Source: a virus
Strand: one strand, 5' to 3'
Length of the DNA stretch: 64,000 bases
Virus record (IMG/VR): IMGVR_UViG_3300033064_001806
Span: 1 to 64,000 of that record
Under the pieces are notes generated by a model. The model made no database searches. It was not told where the DNA came from and worked only from the letters and a program-made list of their open reading frames with translations. The translations under genes were made by a program, and so were the position numbers. This document shows positions 37,478-48,257 of this stretch, piece by piece (position 1 is the stretch's first letter; each line of letters begins with the position of its first letter).

Positions 37478-40400
37478 ATGATGTCATTAATAGATTTACA
37501 ATCAGACTTATCAAAATTTAGATCAACCTCTGTAAAGCAAGCAAAAACTACATCTGCTTCTTCAAAAGCTAAGGATGGTAAGAATTTTGCCAATGTAACT
37601 CCTGTTTCTGATAAAATGGAATCCATGTCTCCTAATATAAATCCACTCGAACAAAGTAATTTAGAAGGAATGATGAGTTCAACTAAATTGGATGATATAA
37701 AAAAATTCAATACAAAACCATTATCTGGACTACTTGGTAAAACTAAATTAGACGATATAAAGAAATTCAATACAAAACCATTATCTGGACTACTTGGTAA
37801 AACTAAATTAGACGATATAAAGAAATTCAATACAAAACCAATAGAAGATTTGTTGGGTAAATCTAATTTGGATGATAATAAGGCGTTTAAAACAACACCA
37901 ATTGAAAGTAGATTGGAAGGAACTAAATTAGATGATGTAAACCCGTTTACAACCACACCCATAGAAAAAAGATTCGAGACTTCTAAATTAGATGATATTG
38001 TGAAAAAAGTTTTTCAAGAGGGACTTGTAAACGCTGTTTCTAAATACTCTAACATTAATATTGATTCGGAATTAACACCGTTGGCTAAATTATCTTCTGG
38101 TACTATTGCATCTAAATTTGCTCAAATACGTGAAGAAAATTTTGAAAGTAAATTAAATAAATCAGAAATAAATCCAAGAATAATCGGCATTGGTCAAAAT
38201 AATTTACAATCTAATATACAACCAAAACAAACTACATTAACTTTTAATAGAAAAGATTCTACACCAGAAATACCAATAAACAGTTCAGACCCATCTGATA
38301 ATATAACAGATCCTAAAGTTGAGATAAATAGAATACCATTGTCTTTAGATAGAAATAGTCAGTCTGTTGATATAACATCAAGAGGGGTTGTATTGCCCAA
38401 TGATGATGTAGTTGATCCAAAAGTTATTATAAATACTAAACCATTATTTAATGATTTGAAACCACAATCTGTTATTATAAATAAAGATTTATTTTCTCCG
38501 TTAAATAATATATTAAATCCAGACATTGCATTCGAGCGTTCTATTTTGTCAATGGATAAAACAATAGAATCACCAGAATTGTTTACTGACTTACCAGTTG
38601 ATGGATTTATTACAATACCAGATACAAAAATATTTAAAACTGATTTACGAACTAAATTGGTAAAAGATATAAGTGATTATAATGTAGATGGTATTCCTGC
38701 GAAGTATGCACCCATTTCAAAATTAATGGAAATGACTCCATCGCAAATAGTTGATACAATTCGATATGATTTAGAATCTGTTCAATTAGAAGACAACAGT
38801 AAATATAATTTAGATAAGGCTATAAAAACTATTCCTTTTGGTAGAAATGAAGATCCATCAAAATCAAAATATTCTGCAGTTGACACACAAGAAGTAAACT
38901 TTTTTCCAGATTCAATGGCAAGTGGATTTACAGCAAGACAGCAGTTAGGTGATAGTAAATTCAATGGTGATTCAACATATGGTTGGGTTGGAAAATCTGG
39001 TGCAGCACCTTCTGTAAATTATATGAGTGATGAGAACGCAAAAGGATTTAAAACTTTTGTTGAAAAAAATAAAACTGCTTTTGTTATCAATAGTTCAGGA
39101 TTTGGATTTGTAAAGATACCAGAAGTTAATTACTTTGATGAAAATAAACTTTATACAAAAGAAGGGTTTAAGGCGTTTACTTCACAGTTAGAAAGTGCTT
39201 ATATAGATAATTCTTCTAAGTATGGATGGGAAGGAAAATCTGGTGCAGCACCTGAAGTTAATTACTTTGATATAACTGAAACAAATACAACAGCTGGTTT
39301 TACTAAATTTGTACAACTGTATGATAGTAAATATATTCCAGACTCTTCTGTATTTAATTGGGAGGGAGCAGCACCTGCGGTAAACTACTTTGATATTACA
39401 AATACACATACAGCCGACGGTTTTAAAACTTTATCTCAACCATTTATATCAAGTTATATTCCTGACTCTTCTCAATTTGATTGGGACGGAACACGTGATC
39501 AATCACCAGAAGTAAATTATTTTGATTTACTCGGTAGATATACTACTACCGGATTTACTAAATTCGCACAGAACTATGATAGTAAATATATCCAAGATGC
39601 TTCACAATTCGACTGGGACGGTTCAAAAGAGCAGGCTCCAGTTGTAAACTACTTTGACTTGACTAGCACGTATACAAACGATGGATTTACTTCTTTCTCA
39701 AATTTGTACGATAGCAAGTATATTCAAGATTCTTCCCAATTTGATTGGAATGGTAATAAAGAAAATGTTCCAACTGTTAATTATTTTGATTTAACAAACG
39801 CGCATACTAATATTGGTTTTCATTCGTTTGCAGCTAAATTAGATTCTAAGTACATTAAAGAATCTTCCCAATTTGATTGGAATGGTGCACGTGACAAAGC
39901 ACCTGCGGTTGATTACTTTGATTTAACAAAGAGAAACACAACATCTGGATTTACAACATTTCACATACTACATGATTCAAAATATGTAAAAGAATCATCA
40001 ATATTCGATTGGGATGGTGTTCGTTCACAAGCACCTGCGATAAACTATTTAGACTTATTGAAACAGTATACAACAGAAGGATTCAATACCTTTACTCAGT
40101 TTCAAATAACAAAGTATATTCCTGACTCTTCTCAATTTGATTGGAATGGAACACGTTCAGACGCTCCAGCGGTGGATTATTTTGATTTAACTAAAAAGAA
40201 TACAACAGTTGGTTTCCATGCATTTTCAAGAAAATATGAGAGTAAATACGTACCAGAATCATCAGAATTTGATTGGGACGGAACAAAACAAAAAGCGCCT
40301 GCTGTTGATTACTTTGATTTAACTAAGAAATTTACCACGGTAGGTTTTCATACGTTTGCAAGAAAATTAGAAACAAAGTATATACCAGAATCATCGGAAT

Positions 40401-43400
40401 TTGATTGGGATGGACAGAAGCAAAAAGCACCTGCGGTTAATTACTTTGACTTGAATAAAAGAAACACAACAATAGGCTTTCACACATTTGCACAACAGTA
40501 TGATACAAAGTATATACCAGAATCATCAGTATTCGATTGGAATGGAAATAGAGGTAAAGCACCTGCTGTAAATTATTTTGATAAATCAAATATTGCAACA
40601 TCCAAAGGTTTTCATATATTATCACAACAACAAGAACCAACTTCTTATCAAACAAGTGGCAACCAACTAAAAGGTGGTGCATCAATATTTGATTGGGATG
40701 GTTCTCGCACTGCTGCACCAGAAGTTAACTACTTTGATACGGGTAATCAAAGAACAACAAAAGGATTTCATAAGTTTGCTAAGCAACTTGAGCCAACTAA
40801 ATATCAAATAGCAGGAACAACTCTAAAAGATGATGCTTCTGAGTTTGATTGGAATGGTACAAGAGCAAAATCACCAGAAGTTGATTACTTTGATTTAACT
40901 AAAAGATTTACAAAAAAAGGTTTCCATAGATTAGCAGAAGTTAGAGAGGAAACCAAATACAAAACAGAGGCTTCAGAATTTACATTCAAAGGTTCACGGC
41001 CTAAAAAAGGTGTAAACTATTTCGATGCTACTGCAAAAAATGCTGCTGGTTTTACTCAAAAACCAGAATCATTACAAACAGAATATAAACACGAATCTTC
41101 AAATTTTGGGTTTACTGGTAAATTACCAAGTCCAATTGATTTCTTTGATAATAAAGATTCAGATGGTTTTGTATTAAATGCAGAGCCACTTCAAAGTAAA
41201 TTTAAGGAAGATACTAGTAGGTTTACATTTCTAGGAAAAAGAAGTAATGCACCTGCAATTGATTATATAGAAAATAAAAATGCTCCAGGTTTTAATTCAT
41301 TTCCACCATTACTCGAATCCAAATATGATTTAGATTCTACACAATTTGGTTGGAAGGGTGTTAGAATAAGTGCACCATCAGTAGATTTCTTAGATAACGC
41401 TGCTTCAAGTGGGTTTACAACGTTCGCACAAACATATCAAAGTTTTTATACTGAAGATTTTGGTACATATAATTGGAAAGGACCACGTTCAGACGCACCA
41501 AATGTTAGTTGGTTTGGTATTACACCAAAAAGAAAAATGCAACTACCAGACTTGGATTCTGCTACCCGTAGTGTTATGACTGATCAAGGGTTTAAAACTT
41601 TCTTTGAAAATAAAGAAAATACAAACTTAGCTTCAAGTTATTCAACACTATCAACTGAAAATGGACTGAACAAATCTTTAGTGAATAATATTCCTATGAC
41701 TAATTTCTTTGGATATACGCCTTCCACAAGAAACGGGTTTATGATAAAAATGACATCAACGAATGATACTATGTATCCGATAGTTTCACCAATGATGCGA
41801 TACGATTTACAACTGCAACAAAGAACTCCTATTCAAATATCAAGAGGTGAACTCCAAGGTGGACTCATTAAAGATAGAGAATTGTATGCACCCAACACTT
41901 TTGGTAAAAAGATTTTCGGTAATGGTAGATTATCTTCTTTACAAAATCAAGTACCAGATTCAAAGGTTGATACTGATTCTTCTTACTATGGAAGAACATA
42001 CGAAGAAAACATAAGAAACTTTACAGAGAAAAAAGGATACGTTGCTAAATGGGCAATAAAACAAAATTCACCTTCACCATTAGACTTACAATATTCCAAA
42101 TTTAATTTAAGAGCAGACTCTTATAATCCAGACTTCTTAGGTTCAGCAGACCAACCATTTGTGATGAGAGACATTGGACAGCGATGGGGATTTGGTGTAA
42201 ACTTTGATGAAGGACTTGTTCGTGGTGGTGCTGTTACAATGGCAGACCGTATTCTTAATGACGTAATACGTATTGGTAAATTCTTGATAACTGGTAAAGG
42301 TTTACTGTTCTTAGCAAAACAAGTTGGCTTACAATTAATGAATCCGAATGTAGATGAAAGGCCAGTGAACGGTATTATTGATTCATTAGCTTCTGCAACT
42401 TCATTTGGAATGTCACCAACACAAATTTTCAATCCTTTGGCTTTAATTGCAAATGTAGGTGGTGCACCAATTGGTTTAAGACTACCAAGACATAGTTTGT
42501 TGGGTGCTTTAGATTCATCGATGTTGAACAGATACGGTGATACTGCTATAAAAAGAGAATTTTTAGAAGATGGTACACCTGCTGGTTCAAATTTCAAAGA
42601 ATTAGAAGTACCAGAAAGCGATGGTGATCAAACAGATTACAGTAGATTAATCGGATTGATGAAAGAATTATTACCTAATTCATTCAAACCTAATGTTGCA
42701 GGTTTAACATTTGATCATGAACACGCAAAAATATATAGAATTTCAAGTGGATTTGGTGGACCAGGTGCTCCATTAGGAATTGGTGGTACAAAAATAAGAA
42801 GAGCAACTCATCCATACCTTACTTATTATACAACCAATGCATTCTTAGTTGAGGCTGTACCACCAACTCCACCTGCCACAACAACCGCAGCAAGTGCAGT
42901 ACCAACTTCTCCGGCTGCTGCAGCTGCTTCAGCAGGTGCTGCATTAGGACTTGGTACAACTTCAAATCCACAATATCAAAAAACTGCACTTAGAAATCAA
43001 TTTTATAATCTTGGTGATAAAAATGGTGATGTGAATCCAGGTGGAAGTTATTCTGCTGAATTGTTTAATCAATATAACACAAGTGAAAAATCTGCATTCG
43101 GTATGATTAAAGGACTTATAAACTTGTTACCAAATGGTCCAGGTAATACTGTAAGTGCAGGTGGTGGTACAGCGAGTACAGGTAGTGTAGGTACTTCTGG
43201 AAGTGCTGCATCCATTCCAATATCTTTACATTCTGAGACAATAAACAGAATAAAAGGTTTGAACACATTCACTCCAAAAACAAAAACATTTTCATCGATA
43301 ATTAAACCAGAAACATATGCTAACGCATTGAATAATCAAGACGTTCCGTTACATAAAAGTTCTCCAACTGAATCAGATCCACTTAAAAAATATTTAACAT

Positions 43401-45115
43401 CAACTTACAGTAACTTACGTAAGGCAGATGTTGGATCAGTTGATTCACGTTCACGTAAATACAATGACTTTAGACACGATATATATGATAGTGAAGTTCC
43501 ACCAACTACTCCATCTGGTTCAAGCCCAGCAGCAGGTCAATTACAAATAAAACAATTTATAATGTCTGACCCTAAGTTTGTACGCTACCATAAACAAAAT
43601 TTAGAAAATTTCTATGGTCTTGGTGCACACGGAGAACCAGGCAGTCAGAGAAATTTACCATTTGTATCAAATATACATTATATGAAAGATAAGAAAACCG
43701 GTGCTTCTGTACCAGTTTTGAAGAAAGGTAGACAATTCCGTGGTGATAGAATTAATATTATAGATTATAAACAAGTAAAGAGTGCGATTAATAAGAATTT
43801 AGTATATGAAAAAGATTTAGATGGATTAAAAGGTGCTGAAGACTTAGTAGAATTTTACTTTACTAGCTTAAAGATTGGTGCAGGTGGTGTTAACAAACCC
43901 GCTGAAGCAATAGTATTTAGAGCAACTTTTGATAACATTCAAGACACACATAGTCCAAAATGGAATGCCGTAAAATATATGGGTAGAGGAGATCCACTCT
44001 ATACTTATGATGGTTATGAAAGAAGTATTTCGTTTGGATTTACTGTGCACATTGGTTCTCGTGATGAAATGAAAGCATCATGGAGAAAGTTAAATTATCT
44101 TGCTTCATGGACAGCACCAGATTACACAACAGCTGGTTTAATTCGTGGTCCAGTTATTCGTTTGAATATTGGTCACTTATATCGTAAAATGCCAGGGTTT
44201 ATAAGTTCATTATCATATACATTTGATAATGTTGGTAGTACATGGGAAACATCAAAATTACCAGAAGATAGATCACAAACGGTAAAAACTGCTGATAATG
44301 ACGCAACACCTAACGTATTACTTTCTTCACCTGGCGTACTACAATTACCAAAAAATATTCAGGTATCTGTTGGATTTACTCCGTTTGGTGTGTATCGTCC
44401 AGAATACAATGGTGTCATGTACTCATTGTATGATGATGGAAATACAGGTGATGGTATTGAATCTGGTCTAATGCCAAGTTCTGATACTAAGGTAAACTAC
44501 TTCAGAGCAATTGATACTAAGGATGATGGTACACGTGCAAGTATAACCGATGCTGATAATACAGCGCTGTTCTCATCACCTAAGCCAGATGGTAACGAAG
44601 CCAAATTGGTTGATGTACAACCTAAGCTAAGCGAAAATACTAATGATGATGCTCCATCTACTGCAGGCGATGATTTTCTAGGACTAGTTGACGGTGCAAG
44701 AGTCACACAAACTGAAAAAGATGTACCAAAAGATGATGCAACAAAAGTCGATGGTAATGCACCGGCTGGTACTGGTATTTTATTATCAACCGATAATGGT
44801 GCAGTTAAGCAAGGTGCTAATTCTCTAGATCCTGGAAAATTAACTGGCCTTGGTGGATTTGGTGGAAGTACAGAAACTCAACAATCTAATAACTATATAG
44901 CGATTCCTAAGACTGGAGGTAACATACCTGCATATATACCAGCAATAGAAACTGAAGTTGTGACAGGCGCTGAATTTGATGCTGCATTTACTCCGGCACC
45001 AATAGCATCTGAGCAGGTAGGAACACCTACTAACTTTACTGAAACAACTGGTAAAACAGATAAACCTAAGAGTAAAAAAAATGCGAAGGTGATAAATAAA
45101 AAGAAAAAGCCATAG
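37478..45115 (+). CDS. 2545-aa repeat-rich tail/baseplate protein with C-terminal tube-initiator-like domain
   Basis: 20-aa and about 40-aa repeat arrays; C-terminal FRA.......D...P.W....Y.GR....Y.Y.G..RSISF.F motif. Confidence 0.7.
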   Translation: MMSLIDLQSDLSKFRSTSVKQAKTTSASSKAKDGKNFANVTPVSDKMESMSPNINPLEQSNLEGMMSSTKLDDIKKFNTKPLSGLLGKTKLDDIKKFNTKPLSGLLGKTKLDDIKKFNTKPIEDLLGKSNLDDNKAFKTTPIESRLEGTKLDDVNPFTTTPIEKRFETSKLDDIVKKVFQEGLVNAVSKYSNINIDSELTPLAKLSSGTIASKFAQIREENFESKLNKSEINPRIIGIGQNNLQSNIQPKQTTLTFNRKDSTPEIPINSSDPSDNITDPKVEINRIPLSLDRNSQSVDITSRGVVLPNDDVVDPKVIINTKPLFNDLKPQSVIINKDLFSPLNNILNPDIAFERSILSMDKTIESPELFTDLPVDGFITIPDTKIFKTDLRTKLVKDISDYNVDGIPAKYAPISKLMEMTPSQIVDTIRYDLESVQLEDNSKYNLDKAIKTIPFGRNEDPSKSKYSAVDTQEVNFFPDSMASGFTARQQLGDSKFNGDSTYGWVGKSGAAPSVNYMSDENAKGFKTFVEKNKTAFVINSSGFGFVKIPEVNYFDENKLYTKEGFKAFTSQLESAYIDNSSKYGWEGKSGAAPEVNYFDITETNTTAGFTKFVQLYDSKYIPDSSVFNWEGAAPAVNYFDITNTHTADGFKTLSQPFISSYIPDSSQFDWDGTRDQSPEVNYFDLLGRYTTTGFTKFAQNYDSKYIQDASQFDWDGSKEQAPVVNYFDLTSTYTNDGFTSFSNLYDSKYIQDSSQFDWNGNKENVPTVNYFDLTNAHTNIGFHSFAAKLDSKYIKESSQFDWNGARDKAPAVDYFDLTKRNTTSGFTTFHILHDSKYVKESSIFDWDGVRSQAPAINYLDLLKQYTTEGFNTFTQFQITKYIPDSSQFDWNGTRSDAPAVDYFDLTKKNTTVGFHAFSRKYESKYVPESSEFDWDGTKQKAPAVDYFDLTKKFTTVGFHTFARKLETKYIPESSEFDWDGQKQKAPAVNYFDLNKRNTTIGFHTFAQQYDTKYIPESSVFDWNGNRGKAPAVNYFDKSNIATSKGFHILSQQQEPTSYQTSGNQLKGGASIFDWDGSRTAAPEVNYFDTGNQRTTKGFHKFAKQLEPTKYQIAGTTLKDDASEFDWNGTRAKSPEVDYFDLTKRFTKKGFHRLAEVREETKYKTEASEFTFKGSRPKKGVNYFDATAKNAAGFTQKPESLQTEYKHESSNFGFTGKLPSPIDFFDNKDSDGFVLNAEPLQSKFKEDTSRFTFLGKRSNAPAIDYIENKNAPGFNSFPPLLESKYDLDSTQFGWKGVRISAPSVDFLDNAASSGFTTFAQTYQSFYTEDFGTYNWKGPRSDAPNVSWFGITPKRKMQLPDLDSATRSVMTDQGFKTFFENKENTNLASSYSTLSTENGLNKSLVNNIPMTNFFGYTPSTRNGFMIKMTSTNDTMYPIVSPMMRYDLQLQQRTPIQISRGELQGGLIKDRELYAPNTFGKKIFGNGRLSSLQNQVPDSKVDTDSSYYGRTYEENIRNFTEKKGYVAKWAIKQNSPSPLDLQYSKFNLRADSYNPDFLGSADQPFVMRDIGQRWGFGVNFDEGLVRGGAVTMADRILNDVIRIGKFLITGKGLLFLAKQVGLQLMNPNVDERPVNGIIDSLASATSFGMSPTQIFNPLALIANVGGAPIGLRLPRHSLLGALDSSMLNRYGDTAIKREFLEDGTPAGSNFKELEVPESDGDQTDYSRLIGLMKELLPNSFKPNVAGLTFDHEHAKIYRISSGFGGPGAPLGIGGTKIRRATHPYLTYYTTNAFLVEAVPPTPPATTTAASAVPTSPAAAAASAGAALGLGTTSNPQYQKTALRNQFYNLGDKNGDVNPGGSYSAELFNQYNTSEKSAFGMIKGLINLLPNGPGNTVSAGGGTASTGSVGTSGSAASIPISLHSETINRIKGLNTFTPKTKTFSSIIKPETYANALNNQDVPLHKSSPTESDPLKKYLTSTYSNLRKADVGSVDSRSRKYNDFRHDIYDSEVPPTTPSGSSPAAGQLQIKQFIMSDPKFVRYHKQNLENFYGLGAHGEPGSQRNLPFVSNIHYMKDKKTGASVPVLKKGRQFRGDRINIIDYKQVKSAINKNLVYEKDLDGLKGAEDLVEFYFTSLKIGAGGVNKPAEAIVFRATFDNIQDTHSPKWNAVKYMGRGDPLYTYDGYERSISFGFTVHIGSRDEMKASWRKLNYLASWTAPDYTTAGLIRGPVIRLNIGHLYRKMPGFISSLSYTFDNVGSTWETSKLPEDRSQTVKTADNDATPNVLLSSPGVLQLPKNIQVSVGFTPFGVYRPEYNGVMYSLYDDGNTGDGIESGLMPSSDTKVNYFRAIDTKDDGTRASITDADNTALFSSPKPDGNEAKLVDVQPKLSENTNDDAPSTAGDDFLGLVDGARVTQTEKDVPKDDATKVDGNAPAGTGILLSTDNGAVKQGANSLDPGKLTGLGGFGGSTETQQSNNYIAIPKTGGNIPAYIPAIETEVVTGAEFDAAFTPAPIASEQVGTPTNFTETTGKTDKPKSKKNAKVINKKKKP
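37681..37999 (+). repeat. 60-bp coding tandem repeat (TKLDDIKKFNTKPLSGLLGK), about 5 units
   Basis: Units start at 37681, 37741, 37801, 37861 and 37921 and decay toward the 3' end. Confidence 0.9.
38870..41520 (+). repeat. About 21 copies of a roughly 40-aa (120-bp) coding repeat
   Basis: Consensus SxFDWxGxxxxAPxV(N/D)YFDLTxxxTTxGFxxFxxxY(D/E)SKYIx(D/E). Confidence 0.9.
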
Positions 45116-45198
45116 AAAAAATATGGATTGACGGTAAAAAAAGAAAGGGTAATAATTATATATAGTATATTCTATAATCAATATTATTAGAGAGTTTT

Positions 45199-45534
45199 AT
45201 GGCAAAACGCTATGAACGCGCATACATAGTTAGTAACGCAAAGAAAATTGAATCGGACGGTAATGAAAAATATATTAGACGATTATCCAGTATATTTTAT
45301 CCGAACTTTTCTAAAGCAGAAGATGTTCAAATTCTTTCACAGGAAGGTGATAGGTTAGATATTCTTGCACAAGAATACTATAATGATCCAGCACTTTGGT
45401 TTGTTATAGCTAAAGTTAATAATTTGGGAAAAGGAAGTTTGAATGTTCCAGGTGGAATGATATTACGAATACCATACTATCAGGAAGATACTGGTATACT
45501 TTCATTATTGGATAATTATAATACTTGGAGGTAA
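45199..45534 (+). CDS. LysM-like baseplate wedge protein (gp53-like)
   Basis: GDRLD.LA.EYY.DP.LW.VIA..N.......PG..LRIP. Confidence 0.8.
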   Translation: MAKRYERAYIVSNAKKIESDGNEKYIRRLSSIFYPNFSKAEDVQILSQEGDRLDILAQEYYNDPALWFVIAKVNNLGKGSLNVPGGMILRIPYYQEDTGILSLLDNYNTWR

Positions 45535-45537
45535 ACA

Positions 45538-47550
45538 ATGCCTACATGGTCTTCTGGTTATGAAAATCCATTTTATCATGCATCACTTGGTTATGTAAGA
45601 GGTGAACTTAATTCAAGGGCGATCAATGCAGGTGCTAAAGTAAGAGCAGGAAAAACTAATAAAGCACTTGAATGGTCATATGGAAAAACAGCATACGGTC
45701 ACGTAACGGGTGGCGGTGTTACATTAGGGTTTCCTGGAACTAAAGTAATGTCTAATTCAAAAGGTGATTTAACATTATATAATTCACGTAATACGCCAAA
45801 GTTTCCATTATTGATGGGGATAGATGTTACAAATGATGGAGCTTTGGGTTCTTTGTTACGAGGTAAGTTTACCTTTACATATTTTCCACAGCTCGGTAGT
45901 AGTGGATTCAGCATGGCTGGAATTGATAAAGCGTTCTTCACTCCTGGAAAAGATGTTGTTCTTTCTTGGGGTTGGAGTTATGGTGGAGCTGGTTCAAGAC
46001 AATCGTTTACTGGAATAGTTAATAATTTTAATTGGTCGTTCAATGCGGATTTATCAATGACTGCTGACTGTTCTGTTGTATCTGCCGCAACTATTGCACT
46101 CGGTATGTCAGGTGATCAAAGTGTAAAGTCGGGTGATGGTGAGCCTCCAGTAGAAACAGTAGATCCAACTGAAGTTGCAATACCGGCAAGTAATTTATCT
46201 TCGGTTATTGATGCTGATTTAGGACTTGGTGATAAAGAACCAGACGCAGAGCCACCAGTAGATCCAAAAGATCCACCAATAGTAACAGATGCGGGTGGCG
46301 CTGGTATTCCTGTGTTTGAACCAAAGACGGCAGGTGAGGTATTTCCTTTACCAAAAGGTAATACTGTTAATAAATATTTAGATTATATTGGCATTGGGTG
46401 GCCATTTCAAGATAGTGAACCAGACGAAGAAGAAGTTGATGCAAAAGACCCACCAGATGACCCACCAATAGATGGTGAAGGTGCAGCGGTAAAACCATTT
46501 TGGTATATTACAGTTGCAACACTTGTGGATTTTACAAATATGTTGGTAGAAAAGTTTGAAGGTACAGGGAATGCTACTGCACTTGGCAGAATAATAGAAG
46601 TGAGTTGTAACAAGAATTACACACAAGGATATACAGATGGTTCTGTAAAATCGGCATACCCGATAGATGTTATTTTTCCCAACACCGCCATGGGTTCTTA
46701 TGGAGATTGCGTACCAGTATATGGTTTAGACGGTCTTTTCGGTACTGGTAATAAAATTTATATAGATGGTATTTTACTTGGAGTTGACTGGGTTAAAAAG
46801 GCGTATGATGAGTTTGTGGTAGACAACGCTGCAAATATACCATATAAGAATATTACAAAGTTTCTTGAAAGTGTATTAAAGCGAATAAATATTGCTTCTG
46901 GTGACATATACCAAATATCAGCAGTCTTATGTGAACCACCGAATAATTTTGATGGTGCTGTTAGTGGTGGTATATCAAAAACAATATTATCGATTGAGGA
47001 CGCAAATATTGGACAAGCTATTACAGAAGCGGTTGACAGTAAGGCAATCAAATTTGAAGCAACTATATTCAAGCCACTTATAAAATCTGTTAGTATATCA
47101 TCGAAACCACCTGCAGCAATGACTGCTGCTGCTTATACACAGGTTCGGGGTGGTAAGGCTGCCAATCTTGAAACACCAACTGGTGCGGATGGTGGTAGGA
47201 GTTCAGTACTTAATGAAATGAAAAAGGCAGAAGCAAATTTTACAAAAACTGGTTTTAATTTATCTTGGTGTGAGGCATATCGTGGTTTACAGAGCAAGAT
47301 GAAAAAATTAGGAAACGGAAAGGGTGATCATTGGATTAATCAAGCGCTGTATCCAGTTGACTTTACGGTAACTATTGATGGTATTAGTGGATTTAGATTT
47401 GGTGATGTTATAAAAACATCGTTAATTCCGTCAGCATACAGTAATGCAGGTTTAGTATTTGTTGTTACTAAAATAGATCATAAAATTACTGCAGGTGGTT
47501 GGGAAACTACATTATCAACTGCTGCCAGACTTACCGGTAAATTAGGATAA
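45538..47550 (+). CDS. Baseplate hub-like protein
   Basis: F.PG..V...WGWS, G.V.NF.WS, C-terminal P.....TIDGISG.RFG...LP....F.V..I.H.I....W.T. Confidence 0.65.
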   Translation: MPTWSSGYENPFYHASLGYVRGELNSRAINAGAKVRAGKTNKALEWSYGKTAYGHVTGGGVTLGFPGTKVMSNSKGDLTLYNSRNTPKFPLLMGIDVTNDGALGSLLRGKFTFTYFPQLGSSGFSMAGIDKAFFTPGKDVVLSWGWSYGGAGSRQSFTGIVNNFNWSFNADLSMTADCSVVSAATIALGMSGDQSVKSGDGEPPVETVDPTEVAIPASNLSSVIDADLGLGDKEPDAEPPVDPKDPPIVTDAGGAGIPVFEPKTAGEVFPLPKGNTVNKYLDYIGIGWPFQDSEPDEEEVDAKDPPDDPPIDGEGAAVKPFWYITVATLVDFTNMLVEKFEGTGNATALGRIIEVSCNKNYTQGYTDGSVKSAYPIDVIFPNTAMGSYGDCVPVYGLDGLFGTGNKIYIDGILLGVDWVKKAYDEFVVDNAANIPYKNITKFLESVLKRINIASGDIYQISAVLCEPPNNFDGAVSGGISKTILSIEDANIGQAITEAVDSKAIKFEATIFKPLIKSVSISSKPPAAMTAAAYTQVRGGKAANLETPTGADGGRSSVLNEMKKAEANFTKTGFNLSWCEAYRGLQSKMKKLGNGKGDHWINQALYPVDFTVTIDGISGFRFGDVIKTSLIPSAYSNAGLVFVVTKIDHKITAGGWETTLSTAARLTGKLG

Positions 47551-47558
47551 GGAATACT

Positions 47559-48251
47559 ATGGCAAAAAGAAGAAAAATATATTATCCCGATGAACAGATA
47601 GAGAAAAATCTCTTTACTGCCGGTAGGGAATATATGCTTTTAGATAATTGGCAAGAATATTCTGGATATTATCATAGGTACGCAGGTAAGGAAGTATTTA
47701 CTGAAAAGGAATGGGATCCTAACAAATCAAACAGATTAATCCGCTTCAAAGAAGGAACAAATACATATTTCAAATATTTGGATTTGAAACAATTTACTGT
47801 ATTATCAAACGGTGATAAAAGAAAGATAATTGGGGAAACTACTCAATTTTACAGATACCGTGCACCAAGAGTTGTTGTAGTAAAACCAACTTCTGAAAAC
47901 TTGAAGAAAGGGAAGATACTAAGATATTTCGTTTATAAAAGAAATGAACCAGAACGTGTATTTTTTGAAATAGATGCAAATCAAGTAAAAAATTACTCTT
48001 CACTTAATAAAGGAATAAATCATATATTATATGGATTAGTTAACATTACTTGGAAAGTAGATGGACCAGAATACGATATTTATAGTGGTTCTATTTTAAT
48101 GAAGCCTGGTGTACACGATACAAATAAAAGAATTGTATTGAGGAATTCAAAAAAATACCCTATGTTAGCGAAAGTAGTAACTAACTTTAGAAAATATTCT
48201 AAATATGATACTGGCTTATCACAAAGTACCGGTTGTATTAATTGTAAATAA
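47559..48251 (+). CDS. Baseplate-region hypothetical protein
   Basis: YYP...I..NL.T.G.E and P......G.I.RYF..K.N motifs. Confidence 0.55.
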   Translation: MAKRRKIYYPDEQIEKNLFTAGREYMLLDNWQEYSGYYHRYAGKEVFTEKEWDPNKSNRLIRFKEGTNTYFKYLDLKQFTVLSNGDKRKIIGETTQFYRYRAPRVVVVKPTSENLKKGKILRYFVYKRNEPERVFFEIDANQVKNYSSLNKGINHILYGLVNITWKVDGPEYDIYSGSILMKPGVHDTNKRIVLRNSKKYPMLAKVVTNFRKYSKYDTGLSQSTGCINCK

Positions 48252-48257
48252 AATTTT

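Noticed and set aside
37681-41520. 60-bp and 120-bp repeats as a possible CRISPR array
   Set aside because: Unit lengths are multiples of 3, in frame and vary synonymously; there are no unique spacers and no cas genes
25360-48251. Extracellular contractile injection system or tailocin
   Set aside because: Linked to complete head, packaging and replication genes, so it is a phage tail
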